A stretch of 64,000 nt of DNA from Mobula birostris (taxonomy: Eukaryota): positions 28,451,821 to 28,515,820 of the forward strand of contig NC_092379.1 of NCBI RefSeq assembly GCF_030028105.1, in the 5' to 3' direction. Under the pieces are notes generated by a model. That model was given only the letters and a program-made list of their open reading frames with translations, was not told the origin of the DNA and ran no database searches. The translations under genes and the position numbers were made by a program. Positions 23,320 through 35,740 of the stretch are shown here, one piece after another; position 1 is the stretch's first letter, and every line of letters starts with the position of its first letter.

Positions 23320-24301
23320 GACTTTAGGCTTCTGGTTCGATCGAAAGGCAGATTAGTTCTTAACAATTACTATCAATTCATATGTACAAGAGGGAGAGAT
23401 GATGAGCTAAGGCACTCTTGACTTTGTTTAAGATCGAGCACATTTCCCTACTGAAAGGTTGGTTGGTAAAAAGAGGGCCCAACATTCTTGAGCACCAATC
23501 AGAATCTACTTTATCTTTCAGTTTATCACTGATTGTGTTTTCACGCGCTAAAAAAAAAGGCACCCTTGAACCAGAGTGGTGGAAACTGCACTTGATATTC
23601 GAGGTACGTGCTCTCAAACGTTTGCATGTTTTCCTTTTGGAAGCAATGGGGTTGCCGGTTGGGTAGGGAACATCAAGTCTTTGCTGATGCTGTCTGCCAG
23701 ATGTGTAGAGAAGTAGGCCAAAGCATAGAGAGAGGTTGCAGTGAAGTGTCTTCAGTTGCATGATGGATAACATAGCAAAGCGGTTAGTTGGGATGCTGTT
23801 ACATCTCAGAACGTCGTTCAGAGTTTAATTTCAGCGTTTGCAAGGTTTCTGAACGTACATCGTGTGTAATGATTGTTTTTCCAAGCTCTTCTGTTTCTTC
23901 CCACTGTCCAAGTTATGATATTTAGTTGTTGTAAGTTGTTCTTAGAATAAGTTAGAGTTAATTTTGCGTTGACAGGATTTGTTGCATCGGCGCGAGTGGA
24001 AGCATCTTAAAGTCCTACTCCACGTTGCATCGTGATGAAAGTAAGTACATAAATACCTAGATATCCCGAAAATTGAATTCAAAGTTCCTGTTCGGCTACG
24101 CCATCAAACCAAGAACAGTTTTACAGTCTTCAAAACATTTTGCCACTGAGCGTTTCACGCTTATGTCGAGTATGTGACAGTCAGTGATTGTCGGGTACCA
24201 CCCGCTTCTAATATTGCAACAAATAGCACACTCCAGTGAGCACCAAAACATCCATCCCGCATGGTCTTTGACCAGGCCCAGTGTCTCACTGCACGACTGT
24301 G

Positions 24302-24728
24302 TGCTGCATCTCACAGAGATAATCTCCGAAGTCCGACACAAGAGCTCCAGATATATTCAAATGAGTTGCCTTATTGCCTTGCCACAAATCAGCGGTAAAA
24401 CTTACCGAACATTCTGGAGGCCGGTACAGATCTCCTGAGATGTATATCCTCAGCAAGCATTTTGGATCTTCCCCACGATGCTGAATGTACCAGAGAATCG
24501 TAAAATCAATACTACAAGTGCAGTTCAGTGTTATGACCAATGCTTCTTCGAGCATTAAATCAGAAGGCTCCTGTTTAACTAAATCCTCCGTTCTCGTTTC
24601 TGTAAGAAAAAAAAAAACATGTGTAAGCGTCGTTGTCTTACAATAAAGCGACGGTGTATGATTGTCAATCACAGAGGCTCAACGTTCAGCACAGCCAATA
24701 CAATCAGAAAGGAACGGAGAGGACGCAT
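24302..24728 (-). pseudogene. V with open reading frame but mutated leader splice donor (ORF-class)
   Basis: Leader 24683-24728 MRPLRSFLIVLAVLN ends G|TTGAGC instead of G|GTGAG. V exon 24302-24599 is open: TRTEDLVKQEPSDLMLEEALVITLNCTCSIDFTILWYIQHRGEDPKCLLRIYISGDLYRPPECSVSFTADLWQGNKATHLNISGALVSDFGDYLCEMQ. RSS CACAGTC (24295-24301) + 23 + TCAAAGACC (24263-24271). Confidence 0.88.
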
Positions 24729-25679
24729 GGTGCTGGAACAGTCGATCGATCAGTGGAATCCTTCTCTCTGGGTAAGTCCTGGGACGTTTCCCTGCTAGGC
24801 CATTGGATGATACAGCGGAATGGAGTTATTTAGGCAGATATCGGCATCAGTCTTCGGTCTTTTCTTCTTTGCTAATTTTACCGCGCCACAAGTCATCAAA
24901 GTCATCAGAGAATTTGACAACTCTCGCTACCCTAACCTCTCTCTACACCCTACATGTCCTTCTTTCCGCCAGCCTTTCATTTTGCAGTTCTCTCTCTACT
25001 GTTCGTGTTTTTTTTCTACTCATGCTCACTGCTCCCTTGCGTTCGTTGCGTCATTGAGACATTGAGTCTCCAATTACTATGGGGTCTGATTCAGAATCTC
25101 TCCTGAATTCTTTCTCCTATTTACTGGGCACGAACTCTCACTCCAGGTTGTTCTTCCCTCTCCCTCTTCGTCTCGCTCATCTATCCCCCCAACCCCGCTC
25201 TCGTCATCTTCTCCGGATCCCTTTCTTGGTCTTTCAGTGTCTGATCTCTCTGTCTCCCTGTCTCTCTGCCTCAGTCCCGCTGTTTATCAATTCCATCTCT
25301 CTCCGTCTCTTATGAACTAAGACGAAGACAGTTGTCGTGACGAAATTGAACGGAAAACCGTCTTTGTGTGATTCACCGATATATCCAAAGACATTTTGTG
25401 TTCTACATTTGATTGGAGAGCTACTGTTGGAAGAAGAACCGGTTGCTGCTGCTGGAGGTCTGGTCCCAGGGTGCCGTGTTCGAGTGAAGAACATGGACTA
25501 AACACCGCTGCATCTACTTGCGTACTTTTTTCTGAATTCAAAGAATGGAAATTTAAACCTGAAATATTGATCAATGTTGAAAAAAGGTCAAATAGCGCCA
25601 CATCACTAGACATACTTAGCTCGTCTAAAAAAGGTCTGAGGAGACAGACAGTTCAAGCTTTTCATCAGCACCATCAGAC

Positions 25680-28205
25680 CATAAGGTCATAAGACAAAGG
25701 AGCAAAGGTCGGCCATTCGGCCCATCGAGTCGGTTCCGCCATTTTATCATGTGTTGATCCATTCTCCCATTTAGTCTCACTCCCCCGTCTTTTTACCATG
25801 ACCTTTGATGCCCAGATGGCTACTCAAGTGCCTATCAATCTCTGCCTTAAATATCTCCAGTGACTTGACCTCCACTGCCGCCCGTGGCCACGAATTGCAC
25901 AGATTGATACACTCTGCTTAAAAAAAAAATCTTCTTATCTCTGTTCAGAACGTGCGCTCTTCAATCCTTAAGTCATGCTCTCTCGTACTAGACTCCCCCA
26001 TCATGAAAAACAACTTTGCCACATCCACTGTGCCCATGCTTTTCAACACTCGAAATGTTTCTATGAGGTCCCACTCATTCTTCTAAACTCCAAGGAGTAC
26101 AGCCCAGGATCGGTCAAACGTTCCTCATATGTTAATCCTATCATTCTAGTGAATCTTCTCTGAACCCTCTCCAACATCAGCATATCCTTTCTTAAATCAG
26201 GAGCCCAAAACTGCACCCAGTACTCCAAGTGTGGTTTCACTAGTGCCTTACAGAGCCTCAACATTACAGCTCTGCTCCTATACTCTATTCCTCTAGAAAT
26301 GAATGCCAGCATTGCATTCGCCTTCTTCACCGCCGACTCAGTCTGCAGGTTAAACTTAAGGGTATCCTGCACGAGAACTCCCAAGTCCCGTTGTATCTCA
26401 GAACTTTGAATTTCTCCACATTTAAACAATAGTCTGCCCGTTTATTTCCTCTGCTAATGTGCATGACCATAAACTTTCCAACATTGTATTTCATTTGCCA
26501 GTCCTTTGCCAATTCTCCCAATCTATCCAAGTCTCTCTGCAGACTCTCTGTTTCCTCAACACTACCGGCCCCTCCGTCTGTCTTAGTATCATCAGTATAC
26601 TTAGCCACAAAGTCATCTATTCTATAATCCAAATCGTTGACGGACAACGTAAAAAGAAGCGGCCCCAACACGGACCCCTGTGGAACACCACTGGTAACAG
26701 GCAGCCAATCAGAATGGGATCCCTTTATTCCCACTCTCTGTTTCCTGCCAATCAGCTAACGCTCTATCCATGTATGCTACTTTCCCGTAATTCCATTGGT
26801 TCTTATCTTGATTAGCAGCCTCATGTACGGCTCTTCGTCAAAGGCCCTCTGAAAATCCAAATACGCGACATGCTGTGCATCTCCCTTGTCTAGCCCACTT
26901 GTAATTTCCTCAAAAAATTGAAATAGTTCTGTCATGTAAGATTTTTCTTTAAGGAAACCATGCTGAATTCTACCTATCTTGTCATATGCCTCCAGCTACT
27001 CCGTAACCTCATCATCGACAATAGACCCCAACAACCACCGATGTCAAGCTAAAAGATATATATTTTCCTTTCCGCTTCCTTTCCCCCTTCTTAAATAACG
27101 GAGTGACAATTGCAATCTTCCAGTCCTCCGGAACCATACCAGAATCCATTGACTTTTGAAATATCATTGCTAATGCCTCCGCAATCTGCACAACTACTTC
27201 CTTCAGAACACGAGGGTGCATCCATCTAGTCCGGGTGATTTATCTACCCTTAGACTATTCAGCTTCCTGAGTGCTTTCTCTGTCGTTATTGTGACTGCGC
27301 ACACTTTTCTCCTCCGACACCACAGAGTGTCCGGTATACTGCTGATGTCCTCCTCGGTGAAAACTGATGCAAAATGCTCGTTCAGTTCCTCCGCTATCTC
27401 CTTATCTCCCATTAAAATTTCTCCGGCATCATTTTCTCTCGGTCCTACATCTACTCTCAACGGTTTTCTATTCATTATATACTTGAAAAAGCGTTTAGTA
27501 TCCTCTTTGATATTATTTGCTAGCTTCATTTCATAGTTCATTTTTTCCTGCTTAATGACCTTCTTAGTTTCCTTTTGTAAGTTTTTATAAAATACCTTAT
27601 CCTCTGTCTTCCCACCATTTTTTTGCTTTCTTGTTTGCCCTTTCCTTTGCGTTTAGTTTGGTTTCGACTTCTATTCTTAGCCACGGTTGCATCCTTTGTT
27701 CCACTGCTAAATTTCTTCTTCTTTGGAATATATCTGTCTTGCACCTTCCTTTCATCTCGAAAAAAACTCCAGCCAATGCTGTTCTGCCGTCCTTCCTGTT
27801 AATGTCCCTTTCCAGTCAACTTTGGCCAGTTCTTCTCTCATGTCACTGTAATTTCCTTTATTCCACTGAAATACAGACACATCGGATTTCGGCTTTTCTT
27901 TCTTAAATATCACAGTGAACTCAATCATGTTATGATCACTGCCTCCTAAGGGTTTCTTCACCTCAATCTATCTACTCATCTCCGGTTCATTACACGCACC
28001 CAATCCAGGGCAGCCGATCCCCCAGTGGACTCAACAACAAGCTGTTCTAAAAAGCAATTACGGAGACATTCTACAAATTCTCTCTCTTGAGATCCAGTGC
28101 GGACTGTATTTTCCCAATCCACTCGCATGATAAAATCCCCCACAATTATCATAACACTGCCCTTCTGACAAGGTTTTTCTATTTCTTGTTGCGCACCTTA
28201 CAGAT
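25680..28205 (-). mobile_element. Decayed CR1 LINE ORF2
   Basis: [47 protein letters not shown]. 3' end cataaggtcataagac at ~25680. Confidence 0.92.
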
Positions 28206-28269
28206 TGGCCGCAAAAAGGGGTCCTCCAGTGTGGTCCAAACGTTGGAGGGTCAAAGAATTTTTTCCTCC

Positions 28270-28617
28270 CTTTCCCACTCACAATAACTCCCTGCCTGTT
28301 CTCCATCTTCCTCTGGTGCTCCCCTCCCTCTATCTTTCTTCCAAGGCCTACTTTCCCATGACACTCTCCCTTCTCCAGCCTTGTATCCCTTTTGCCCATC
28401 AGATTCCGATATCTTGGCTTTATCCCTTCCCTTCCTGTCTTTTCCTATCATTCCAGGTCTCCCCACCCCCCCTCCCACTTTTAAATCTCTTACTATCTCT
28501 TTTTTGCCCCGTTAGCCATGACCAACGGTCTCAGCCCGAAACATTGACTGTACTCCTTCCTTTCGATGCCGTCTGGTCTGCTGCGTTCCACCAGCATTTT
28601 GTGCGTGTTGCCTTCAA
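28270..28617 (+). mobile_element. Penelope 3'/pLTR fragment
   Basis: ggtctcagcccgaaacattgactgtac..ctgctgcgttccaccagcattttgtg matches the pLTR motif seen at 7720 and 32240. Confidence 0.75.
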
Positions 28618-28684
28618 GTGAGAGCTCTTTGTATCACACATGACCAGTTTTTGTCAGGGCTCGCCGTCTCGATACAACAATATG

Positions 28685-29115
28685 GTCTTCATTGCACAGA
28701 GATGCATGCCAGAGTCCGACACAAGAGCCTGAATGATATCCAGTTGAGCCGTCTTGCTGCTTTTCTGCAAACTACCGGTAAATCTCAATGGGCAATCTGG
28801 AGCCGATGAATTCCACCTGTGTTATATACCTTCAGCAGATAGTCTGGAGGCATTCCATACGTTGATTCTACCAAATGATATCAGCACCAGCATAAGTGTA
28901 TTTGCACTTCATTGTTATGGTCTGTCCTTCCTCTGCTGTCACTTCGGGAAGATCTTACGTCACTGAACTTCTCCCACTCGTTCCTGTAAAAGAAGGACAG
29001 AATACGTGAACATTGCTGGCTTGTATTCAACGCAGGGGAAATTTTCTAGCCACTTTTGCAGAGACTAACTAGACAACACAGCCAATGCAATAAGCAATGA
29101 ACAGAGGGAAATCAT
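28685..29115 (-). pseudogene. V pseudogene
   Basis: 46-nt leader 29070-29115 (MISLCSLLIALAVLS, A|GTTAGT). V exon 28685-28983 has TAA/TAG stops (SVT*DLPEV..W*NQ) and PDCPLRFTGSLQK..VSDSGMHLCAMK. RSS CATATTG + 23 + ACAAAAACT (28646-28684). Confidence 0.92.
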
Positions 29116-29954
29116 GGTTTCTAATTTCTGGTTGGATCGAACTGTAGATTTTTTTTTTCACAAGAGCTAATTATCACTTAAAAAATATTGTGGTGTGATA
29201 TCATTTCACCGATACCGTTCACTTTGTGTAAGACCGGGGGGCGGGGGTGCGTGGTGAAGCTCTGGTTAAAGGATTCGTTGACACAAAGAAATGTGCCTTT
29301 CTGAGCACCAATCAGAAACTGCTTTGTTTGCATTCGCCATTCTGCCTGCTTTACCGCTCCTTCAGTGCTCCGCTTTCCTCCCCCCTCTCTCTGTCTTCCT
29401 CACTGCGCCCTACTGCCTCTGTTCCCATGTACTCTGCGTAATCACTGCACGTTCACATAGTTATCAATTTGTAACCTAACACAATTAAGACTGTTTCCAC
29501 ATGGTCGCTTTTACGAAATCGGCAGTGTTCCACTGGAAGTAGTTTGTTTATTTATTTATTTGCTTACTTAATTGTTTTGGAGCTATATCCAACAATAGAC
29601 CTTCAAGTCATTTTTTTTCCCAATATTTCGCCACTCAATGTCAGCAAGAGTTCATCTCGTTATTCCTTAATCTTTTTTTTTTTTTTTTTTTTTGCTGTTG
29701 GGAAGCCAATCTGCTATCCACATTCTATGGACTCCTGACAGCACATTCTGTGTAGCCAGCATTCTCTTCTTAAGAAAAAACTCACATCGGTATCCTCCTT
29801 GTAACTTGTGATTTCATTAAAATATCATACTCTCGCATTAGCCAACTCCACCCTTAGGTCAAAGTGTTGCTTGTCCACTCTATCTATGCCTCGAGATATA
29901 ATACACAGCTGTTAAGTTACCCCTCATCTTCCTTCGTTCGAAAAACAATGTCCC

Positions 29955-30209
29955 TTGTTCCCGGAAAATGAAATAACCAGTGGAATATACAGGCACGCGG
30001 ATGTGTAACTCAAGTTCAGCAGTATGATTCGTCTTCATTTAATCATCGATACAGAGAGCTAGATTTTCCCACACCATTCTGCAAAAGAAGGACAAAATGA
30101 CTGAACATCAAGTGCTCTCACTGCACCTGCGAGACACCCCCTGCCTATTGGCGCAAATATTCGCCGAGCATCATAGACCACATAATCAGTAAGGAGCATG
30201 GAAGCACAT
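29955..30209 (-). pseudogene. 5' V fragment (leader, FR1-FR2)
   Basis: Leader 30165-30209 with GC donor and a 1-nt deletion. Acceptor gtccttcttttgcag at 30079, then ..ILLNLSYTS..HWLFHFPG. The 3' part is replaced by a CR1 tail fragment at ~29690-29950. Confidence 0.7.
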
Positions 30210-31154
30210 TGTGTCTGCGTTCACGTGCGAACTAAAGACATATGACATCCAAGAAGCTAATACCACCGATTTGCGAGAATGATGTAAGACACGCTACACT
30301 CTTCACTTTGCGTAAAACCCACGTAAATCGCTCTGCTAAATGGACGTTGAACCGGGGAAGTCACAGCTCAGACTATTGAGCACCCATCCGAATGGAAGTA
30401 CTACACTCCCTGCTTAGTTATCATGCACTTAATTATATTGTATTTGTCAATATCACCCCTCTCTTCTTTATTGTACTTTAATTAACACTTTCTAACAAAA
30501 CATCTCCTTCTTTGTTCCCTCTTTTGTTACTCTCCTATATTTCCGTCGTTGTTTCAGTCAATTACTCTCTGTCTGCCTTTGTATTCCAATTTGCAATATC
30601 TGTAAATCATCAATGCATCTTTAAAGTCGTTGTGGGAACGTCCATTAATCTAATGCCAGCTCAATCGGTATTGATTTTCAATTCGAAAAATAAATATCGA
30701 TTTATATCCACTTTTAGGAAGCTAATGTCAATAGACTTTACCTGAAATTTATCTTCTTCAGAACATTTGGTGATACACCTTTTTGTCCGATGCTATTTAG
30801 CCATATAGAACCTCAGTATCTCCAGTTTGCACTCATCTTCACACTTGAGGGGCGGGGGAAAACGAATTCCAGCAAATTATAACCACAAGGTAATGTTGTA
30901 GGCAACAGAGAGATCTGAACATCGAGATATAGTGGAAATGTTTCGGAAAGCTGCCACAATATCCCTAGATAAGTTAAATTCAAGAAGTTTTCCACCAGTC
31001 TGCGGGCATTTTGCTGCTGAATACAGCGTTTCAATCGACCACATGATCCTCATGCTTTGTGATACTGCTGTACCATTTTTCCAGCAAAAGGCGCTCTCTA
31101 GTGATCACGCATCGCTGGATTTTGTCCAGACCTGCTGTTTCCTGCAATACTGAG

Positions 31155-31630
31155 GTGTCCATTGCACAGCGGTACATGCCAGAGTCCGGGACAATAATTC
31201 CAGAGATATGTAAATGATCTGACTCTGCGTTTGTGCATATCAGCTGTAAATCTCGCTAGACATTCTGAGGCCGCTCCAGTTTTCCTGAGCCATATACCTT
31301 CAGCAGTTGTTTAGGAGATTTCTGCGATGCTACGTGTATCAAACGTGTTTGTATCAGTTCGTGTATAACTGCATTTCGGTGCTAAGATCTGACTTTCGTC
31401 AGCCGTTAATTTAGGAGCATCCTAGATCACTGAATTGGACTCAACTCTTTCCTGCAATAAACAGCAGAATGCAGTAATATACCTGACTTGCACTAAACTA
31501 ACGTGGCACTCGCTGATCATGTGTGCAGCGTCTTAACTGTCAGGACGACGAATGTATTCAATAAGAAGCAAAGGTACACAAACTCTGAACCTCGATAGGA
31601 CGGCGAAAGTATTCAATGAGAAACAGAGGG
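31155..31630 (-). pseudogene. V pseudogene (paralog of 10121-10371)
   Basis: NSVI*DAPKLTADESQILAPKCSY..KSPKQLLKVYGSGKLERP. Acceptor at 31452. Degenerate, partly duplicated leader (cctcgataggacggc occurs twice). RSS heptamer CTCAGTA (31148-31154), nonamer 31117-31125. Confidence 0.87.
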
Positions 31631-32152
31631 ACATATATGCTCAGCCTCGATAGGACGGCAAATTACTTCCAAGAATTTATCGCCATAACAGATACTGTAT
31701 TGTAGAGTAAAATCGTATCAAAAGTAGACTGTACGATACCCTGCTCAACGATTGGTAGATAAAAGAGAACCGAGGCTATGTGAGCACGAATCAGAATCAG
31801 TTTTCGTTGAGTCCCCATTATTTCCCTTTTCCCAGACTATAAATATCTCTCACCACCGCTTCCCCTCTCCCCACTCTCCATCTCTCTCCATCTAGTTATC
31901 TGCCTTTCTCTTTTGCTCTCCGTCTGTCTTTCTCACTCATTTGCTTTCTCCCTACGTTTTTTCTCTCTCTCATTCCGAAAATTGATTTCTAATTTTTCAA
32001 TTTATCTACTTATTGAATGCCTTACCAACTCACTTTCGCTTTTTTTGCCATGCTTCTCCTGCACTCTCCTTTCTCACACCATGTCTATCCATGCTAGTCA
32101 CCATATCCGCAAGTAGTCCAAAAAGACATCCGCAAAATTATCACACCCGAAA

Positions 32153-32308
32153 TGCTGGTTGAACTCAGCAGGCCAGGCAGCATCTATGGGAAGAAGTACA
32201 GTCGATGTTTCGGGCCGAGACCCTTCGTCAACACTAACGTCCCGGCCCGAAATGCCGACTGTACTTGTTTCCTATAGATGCTGCCTGGCCTGCTGCGTGC
32301 GACCAACA
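32153..32308. repeat. Penelope pLTR-derived inverted repeat (~68-bp arms, ~20-nt loop)
   Basis: 32153-32219 is the near reverse complement of 32240-32308. Confidence 0.9.
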
Positions 32309-32479
32309 TTTGTGTGTCTTGCCTGAATTTCCAGCATCTGCAGATTTCCTGGTGTTTCCGCAGAATTATGATGTTCCGCTGTTCCGGTTATCTAACTCAT
32401 CCTTACCATTTTAAGTTATTGATGAAATACATTTCAATCTTTCAGCATATCGCTGGATATTCTTTGTCAGTAGCACACC

Positions 32480-32810
32480 ACATATTTATCCCCATGGACG
32501 AGCTGGACTTGCATGTTGAGGAAACACTGGAGGCATAGTTTAGATTAAGCAGACACTGCGAACACTCAGGTGTCCGGATCTGGTATCGCCGTGGAACGTT
32601 AAGTGTGAACTGCGTAATGTTATTAGATGGAGTCCGGCAAAATGCCCCCGAGCATATGTAAGGGAAACACCTACAATTTTTGTCCAGAGATCCGAAATCC
32701 GGACCGGACTGTCTGCGCGTAGAACAATACAGTGACACGGTCTGCCCTTCCAGGGTCATTAAAATCCTCCTTCTGGGGTTCACAAAATCTGCCCCACTCG
32801 TACCTTTAAC
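32480..32810 (-). pseudogene. Divergent V-like sequence (recognisable FR1, atypical remainder)
   Basis: Acceptor ttaaag|GT ACG AGT GGG GCA GAT..LMTLEGQTVSLYC, homologous to the start of the 39.5-39.9 kb V and its intron. No WY motif in frame and no RSS. Confidence 0.55.
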
Positions 32811-33120
32811 AGGCCCCGAATGTATGAGCGCCGCCGGAAGGCACAGACCTTGCAGGACGCGCTCCGACAGATTAGACATTTTCAACAAGCGACGTAGTCG
32901 ATTCAGAAACCTTCCGGGGTGGTTGTAGCGGGAACCTCGTACATTGAATAAAGTAAACAGAGAAGGATTTGAAGATGTTTCTCCTAAAAGACAAGTTATT
33001 CAAGTAAGGACAGACAGAGATTTACGGAAAGTTCGGCGCTTTCGTTTTGAATTATATGCGGCTTTTATGTCTAAATTCAGGGTATATTCCAACCACAGGA
33101 CGATCTGACTCACCTCTCCC

Positions 33121-33271
33121 NNNNNNNNNNNNNNNNNNNNNNNNNNNNNNNNNNNNNNNNNNNNNNNNNNNNNNNNNNNNNNNNNNNNNNNNNNNNNNNN
33201 NNNNNNNNNNNNNNNNNNNNNNNNNNNNNNNNNNNNNNNNNNNNNNNNNNNNNNNNNNNNNNNNNNNNNNN
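33121..33271. other. Assembly gap (N run)
   Basis: Direct read. Confidence 1.
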
Positions 33272-34094
33272 TACTCATTCCTTCTGCTACCACAGTTTTC
33301 CTCGCTTCCTGTCTTCTTGCTCTGATTTTTCTTTCTCCACCACTGTCTAATCTCCCTCTCTTTGTGTCAGTCCATCACTTTTGCCTCCGCATCTCTCAGT
33401 CATCCACCTTTTCATCTCCTTCCCTTTCTCCCTCTCACCTTCATTTTAAAGTGGAGGTGAAGGTATTTATGTTTGCATTGTTTTAGTGTTTCACTTTGTA
33501 CTACTTCGATAAGCTGATCAATGATTTCATCTGTTAAATCGTAGTCAATGCAATCATCGTACAAGAATAGACAGAAATATCCAGCAAAATGACCCACCTG
33601 GTGATAACTTCAGATCCGTTAAATCTGTTTGGGAAACCAGATGATACAAGCTATCACTCTGCTGTGCTCCCACTCCCTCTCTTCATCTCTGTCTGTCTTT
33701 TCTACTGAAAATGGCTTCAGAATATAAATATATGGGTAGTATCTGAACGTTGGCAGGTTCTGTTGCATTATCTAAATACTCAGTATAAATCAAGGTAGCT
33801 GTTGCAACATCCTTAATATCGGCAGCATGCCACTTGCAAATCTTTGTCAATCTGAAGACCACCATTTTGCCCACCTGTGTTTTCCTTTTGTCAGTAATTA
33901 TACAATTTAAAATATGTCCCACTTACATTCTCATTATTTCTCACTGCAGATACTGGAAGAAAGTGTCCAAAGAAAAGTTCAGGCAGTGTTGTCAATCGTG
34001 GTATGGAATTGCAGCAAAACAGTTTGAGTGAAAAAAAAAGACATTTCAATATCCCGGAAATGCATTGTAAAGTTTCAATTTAGTTGCGCATTGG

Positions 34095-34232
34095 AATCAG
34101 GAACTGCTCCTTTCGATTCGGAGCCTTCCGCTGCTGATTTCAGCATGTATCAAACATGTTTGTCTTAGTTCGTGTGTAACTGCATTTTACTGTTATCATC
34201 TGACTTTAGTAAGCCGAGAATTTAGGAGCAAA
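34095..34232 (-). pseudogene. FR1-FR2 fragment of the 10.1/31.1-kb V subfamily
   Basis: APKFSAY*SQMITVKCSYT.. aligns to 31330-31420. Confidence 0.7.
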
Positions 34233-34289
34233 CACGAGGAAATCTGCAGATGCTGTAATGTCAATCAACGCAGCAGGGGCGAGGCAGTG

Positions 34290-34900
34290 ATTTCCTTTAA
34301 AACACAGAGATTATGTTTGCATCTTCAAGGAATCGGGAATATGTGCAAGCTTCTGTAAAATATAAACAAAGATTGTTGAGCGGTCTCGACCGACTCAGAT
34401 AGATTGGTCTTTCTCTGCTCGCCTTTGATTGTAAACGTGGAACTCGTCCTGGTTGCAGCGACAACTCCTCGTTGTTCAAGTGCCCAGTGTCTACGTCTCG
34501 CATACTTACAAAATAAAGCAGGGAGCTACTGCAACAATGTTTTACTAAAAGGGAAATCCCAACAACAAATATTTTTAGGTGAGCTGGATGTTCTTTCACC
34601 AGAATATCGGGCATGTTCGATGTTTTATGAGCTATGGTTGCTCGCATGCTGAAGAAACAGCTATGATCGAGCAGCTTGGGTCTGTATTTGAGATCACAGG
34701 GATAGACAATGCTGGTGTTAAATCCATGTGAATTTTGAGAGGGCAGGTGAGGAGAACAGCAGGGAAAAGACATTCCCTTCTGAGGGCAGTTGAGACAAAG
34801 CGTCTTCGATAGGATTGAGAACAATGACTTCATATGTTCTGGTGGAGAATGTAAGATCGATGTTACAAATTTATAAAACTGTGATTGAACGGCACTTGGA
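34290..34900 (-). mobile_element. Decayed LINE (CR1-type endonuclease region) fragment
   Basis: Weak similarity to the CR1 ORF2 N-terminus (..VVGISLLVK..). Heavily mutated. Confidence 0.4.
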
Positions 34901-35481
34901 GAATTGAGTATTCCGGCTGCTGCTATAAATGGAGGAGAAATAACATGTAAGGGAACATACAGTAGAAAGGGGGTTTACATGTGGTCAGGAGCAGGAAGAT
35001 GATAGGTGGAGTCAACAAAGTCCTTAACAGATAAGATACGAAAGGAAGGCAGTGATTATAACCAAATCAGGGTGAGATGATGGCCCAATGGGACTACCTG
35101 GATCGAGGGGCAAAGGTTCCCGGGCAAGATATGGGACTGAGGACGTTGAATGCTTGAAGAGAGATAGGGAGGGTAAAGAAACTTGGCGACAAAGAGCTGG
35201 ATGTTGCTTAGAGATAAGAGACGTGCGAGAGAAATGGGCCAATCAGAAGAGATGAGAGAACGAAAAGTGATGGGATACATGAAATTGCAATTCTTATTTA
35301 TCATGCGGTGGGATTTCAACTCGCTAGGCGAAACATGGGATAAAGTTCCACTAATTTTATTGGCTTTATTTGTGCAGATAAAGAGATGGAATACAGATCA
35401 AGAACACGGATTCACACTAATAGACTCTTGGCCAAACACAACACGATAGGCCGAATTGCCTCCTTCTCTACCACAATAACC

Positions 35482-35740
35482 GCAGTTTCCATTGCAGAGT
35501 TTCAGGTGGAATCGACGCAACCACGTTCTGAGTGATGGAAGAGCAACTGCATTCCTGGGAATTCCGTGGGGAAAAAAAATGTCAGGATTCGCCGTCGCGG
35601 GAAAAGTGCGTGGACTGAATGCGTACCAATTCGTGGCGGAGTACGGCGCTGGTGACTTGGAAATTTCTGACCGTAACCCTGCGGCAATTTAGTTACCTGC
35701 TCGAGTATTTTGGTGAAAGAAGTTGAAATACTGATCATAC
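35482..35740 (-). pseudogene. Divergent V-like remnant
   Basis: Across frameshifts: ..VTVRNFQVTSAVLRH/NWYAFSP.. ending GCA ATG GAA AC like the family V ends. No RSS. Confidence 0.4.

Noticed and set aside
23378-23773. 131-aa ORF with TLHC..DSDWC spacing suggestive of an Ig domain
   Set aside because: No Trp motif, splice acceptor or RSS, and it overlaps the promoter of the 23.3-kb V.
32442-32888. Treating MSNLSERVLQGLCLPAALIHSGPVK as an intronless leader
   Set aside because: That stretch aligns with the 84-nt intron of the 39.5-39.9-kb paralog and ends in an AG acceptor, so it is read-through intron.
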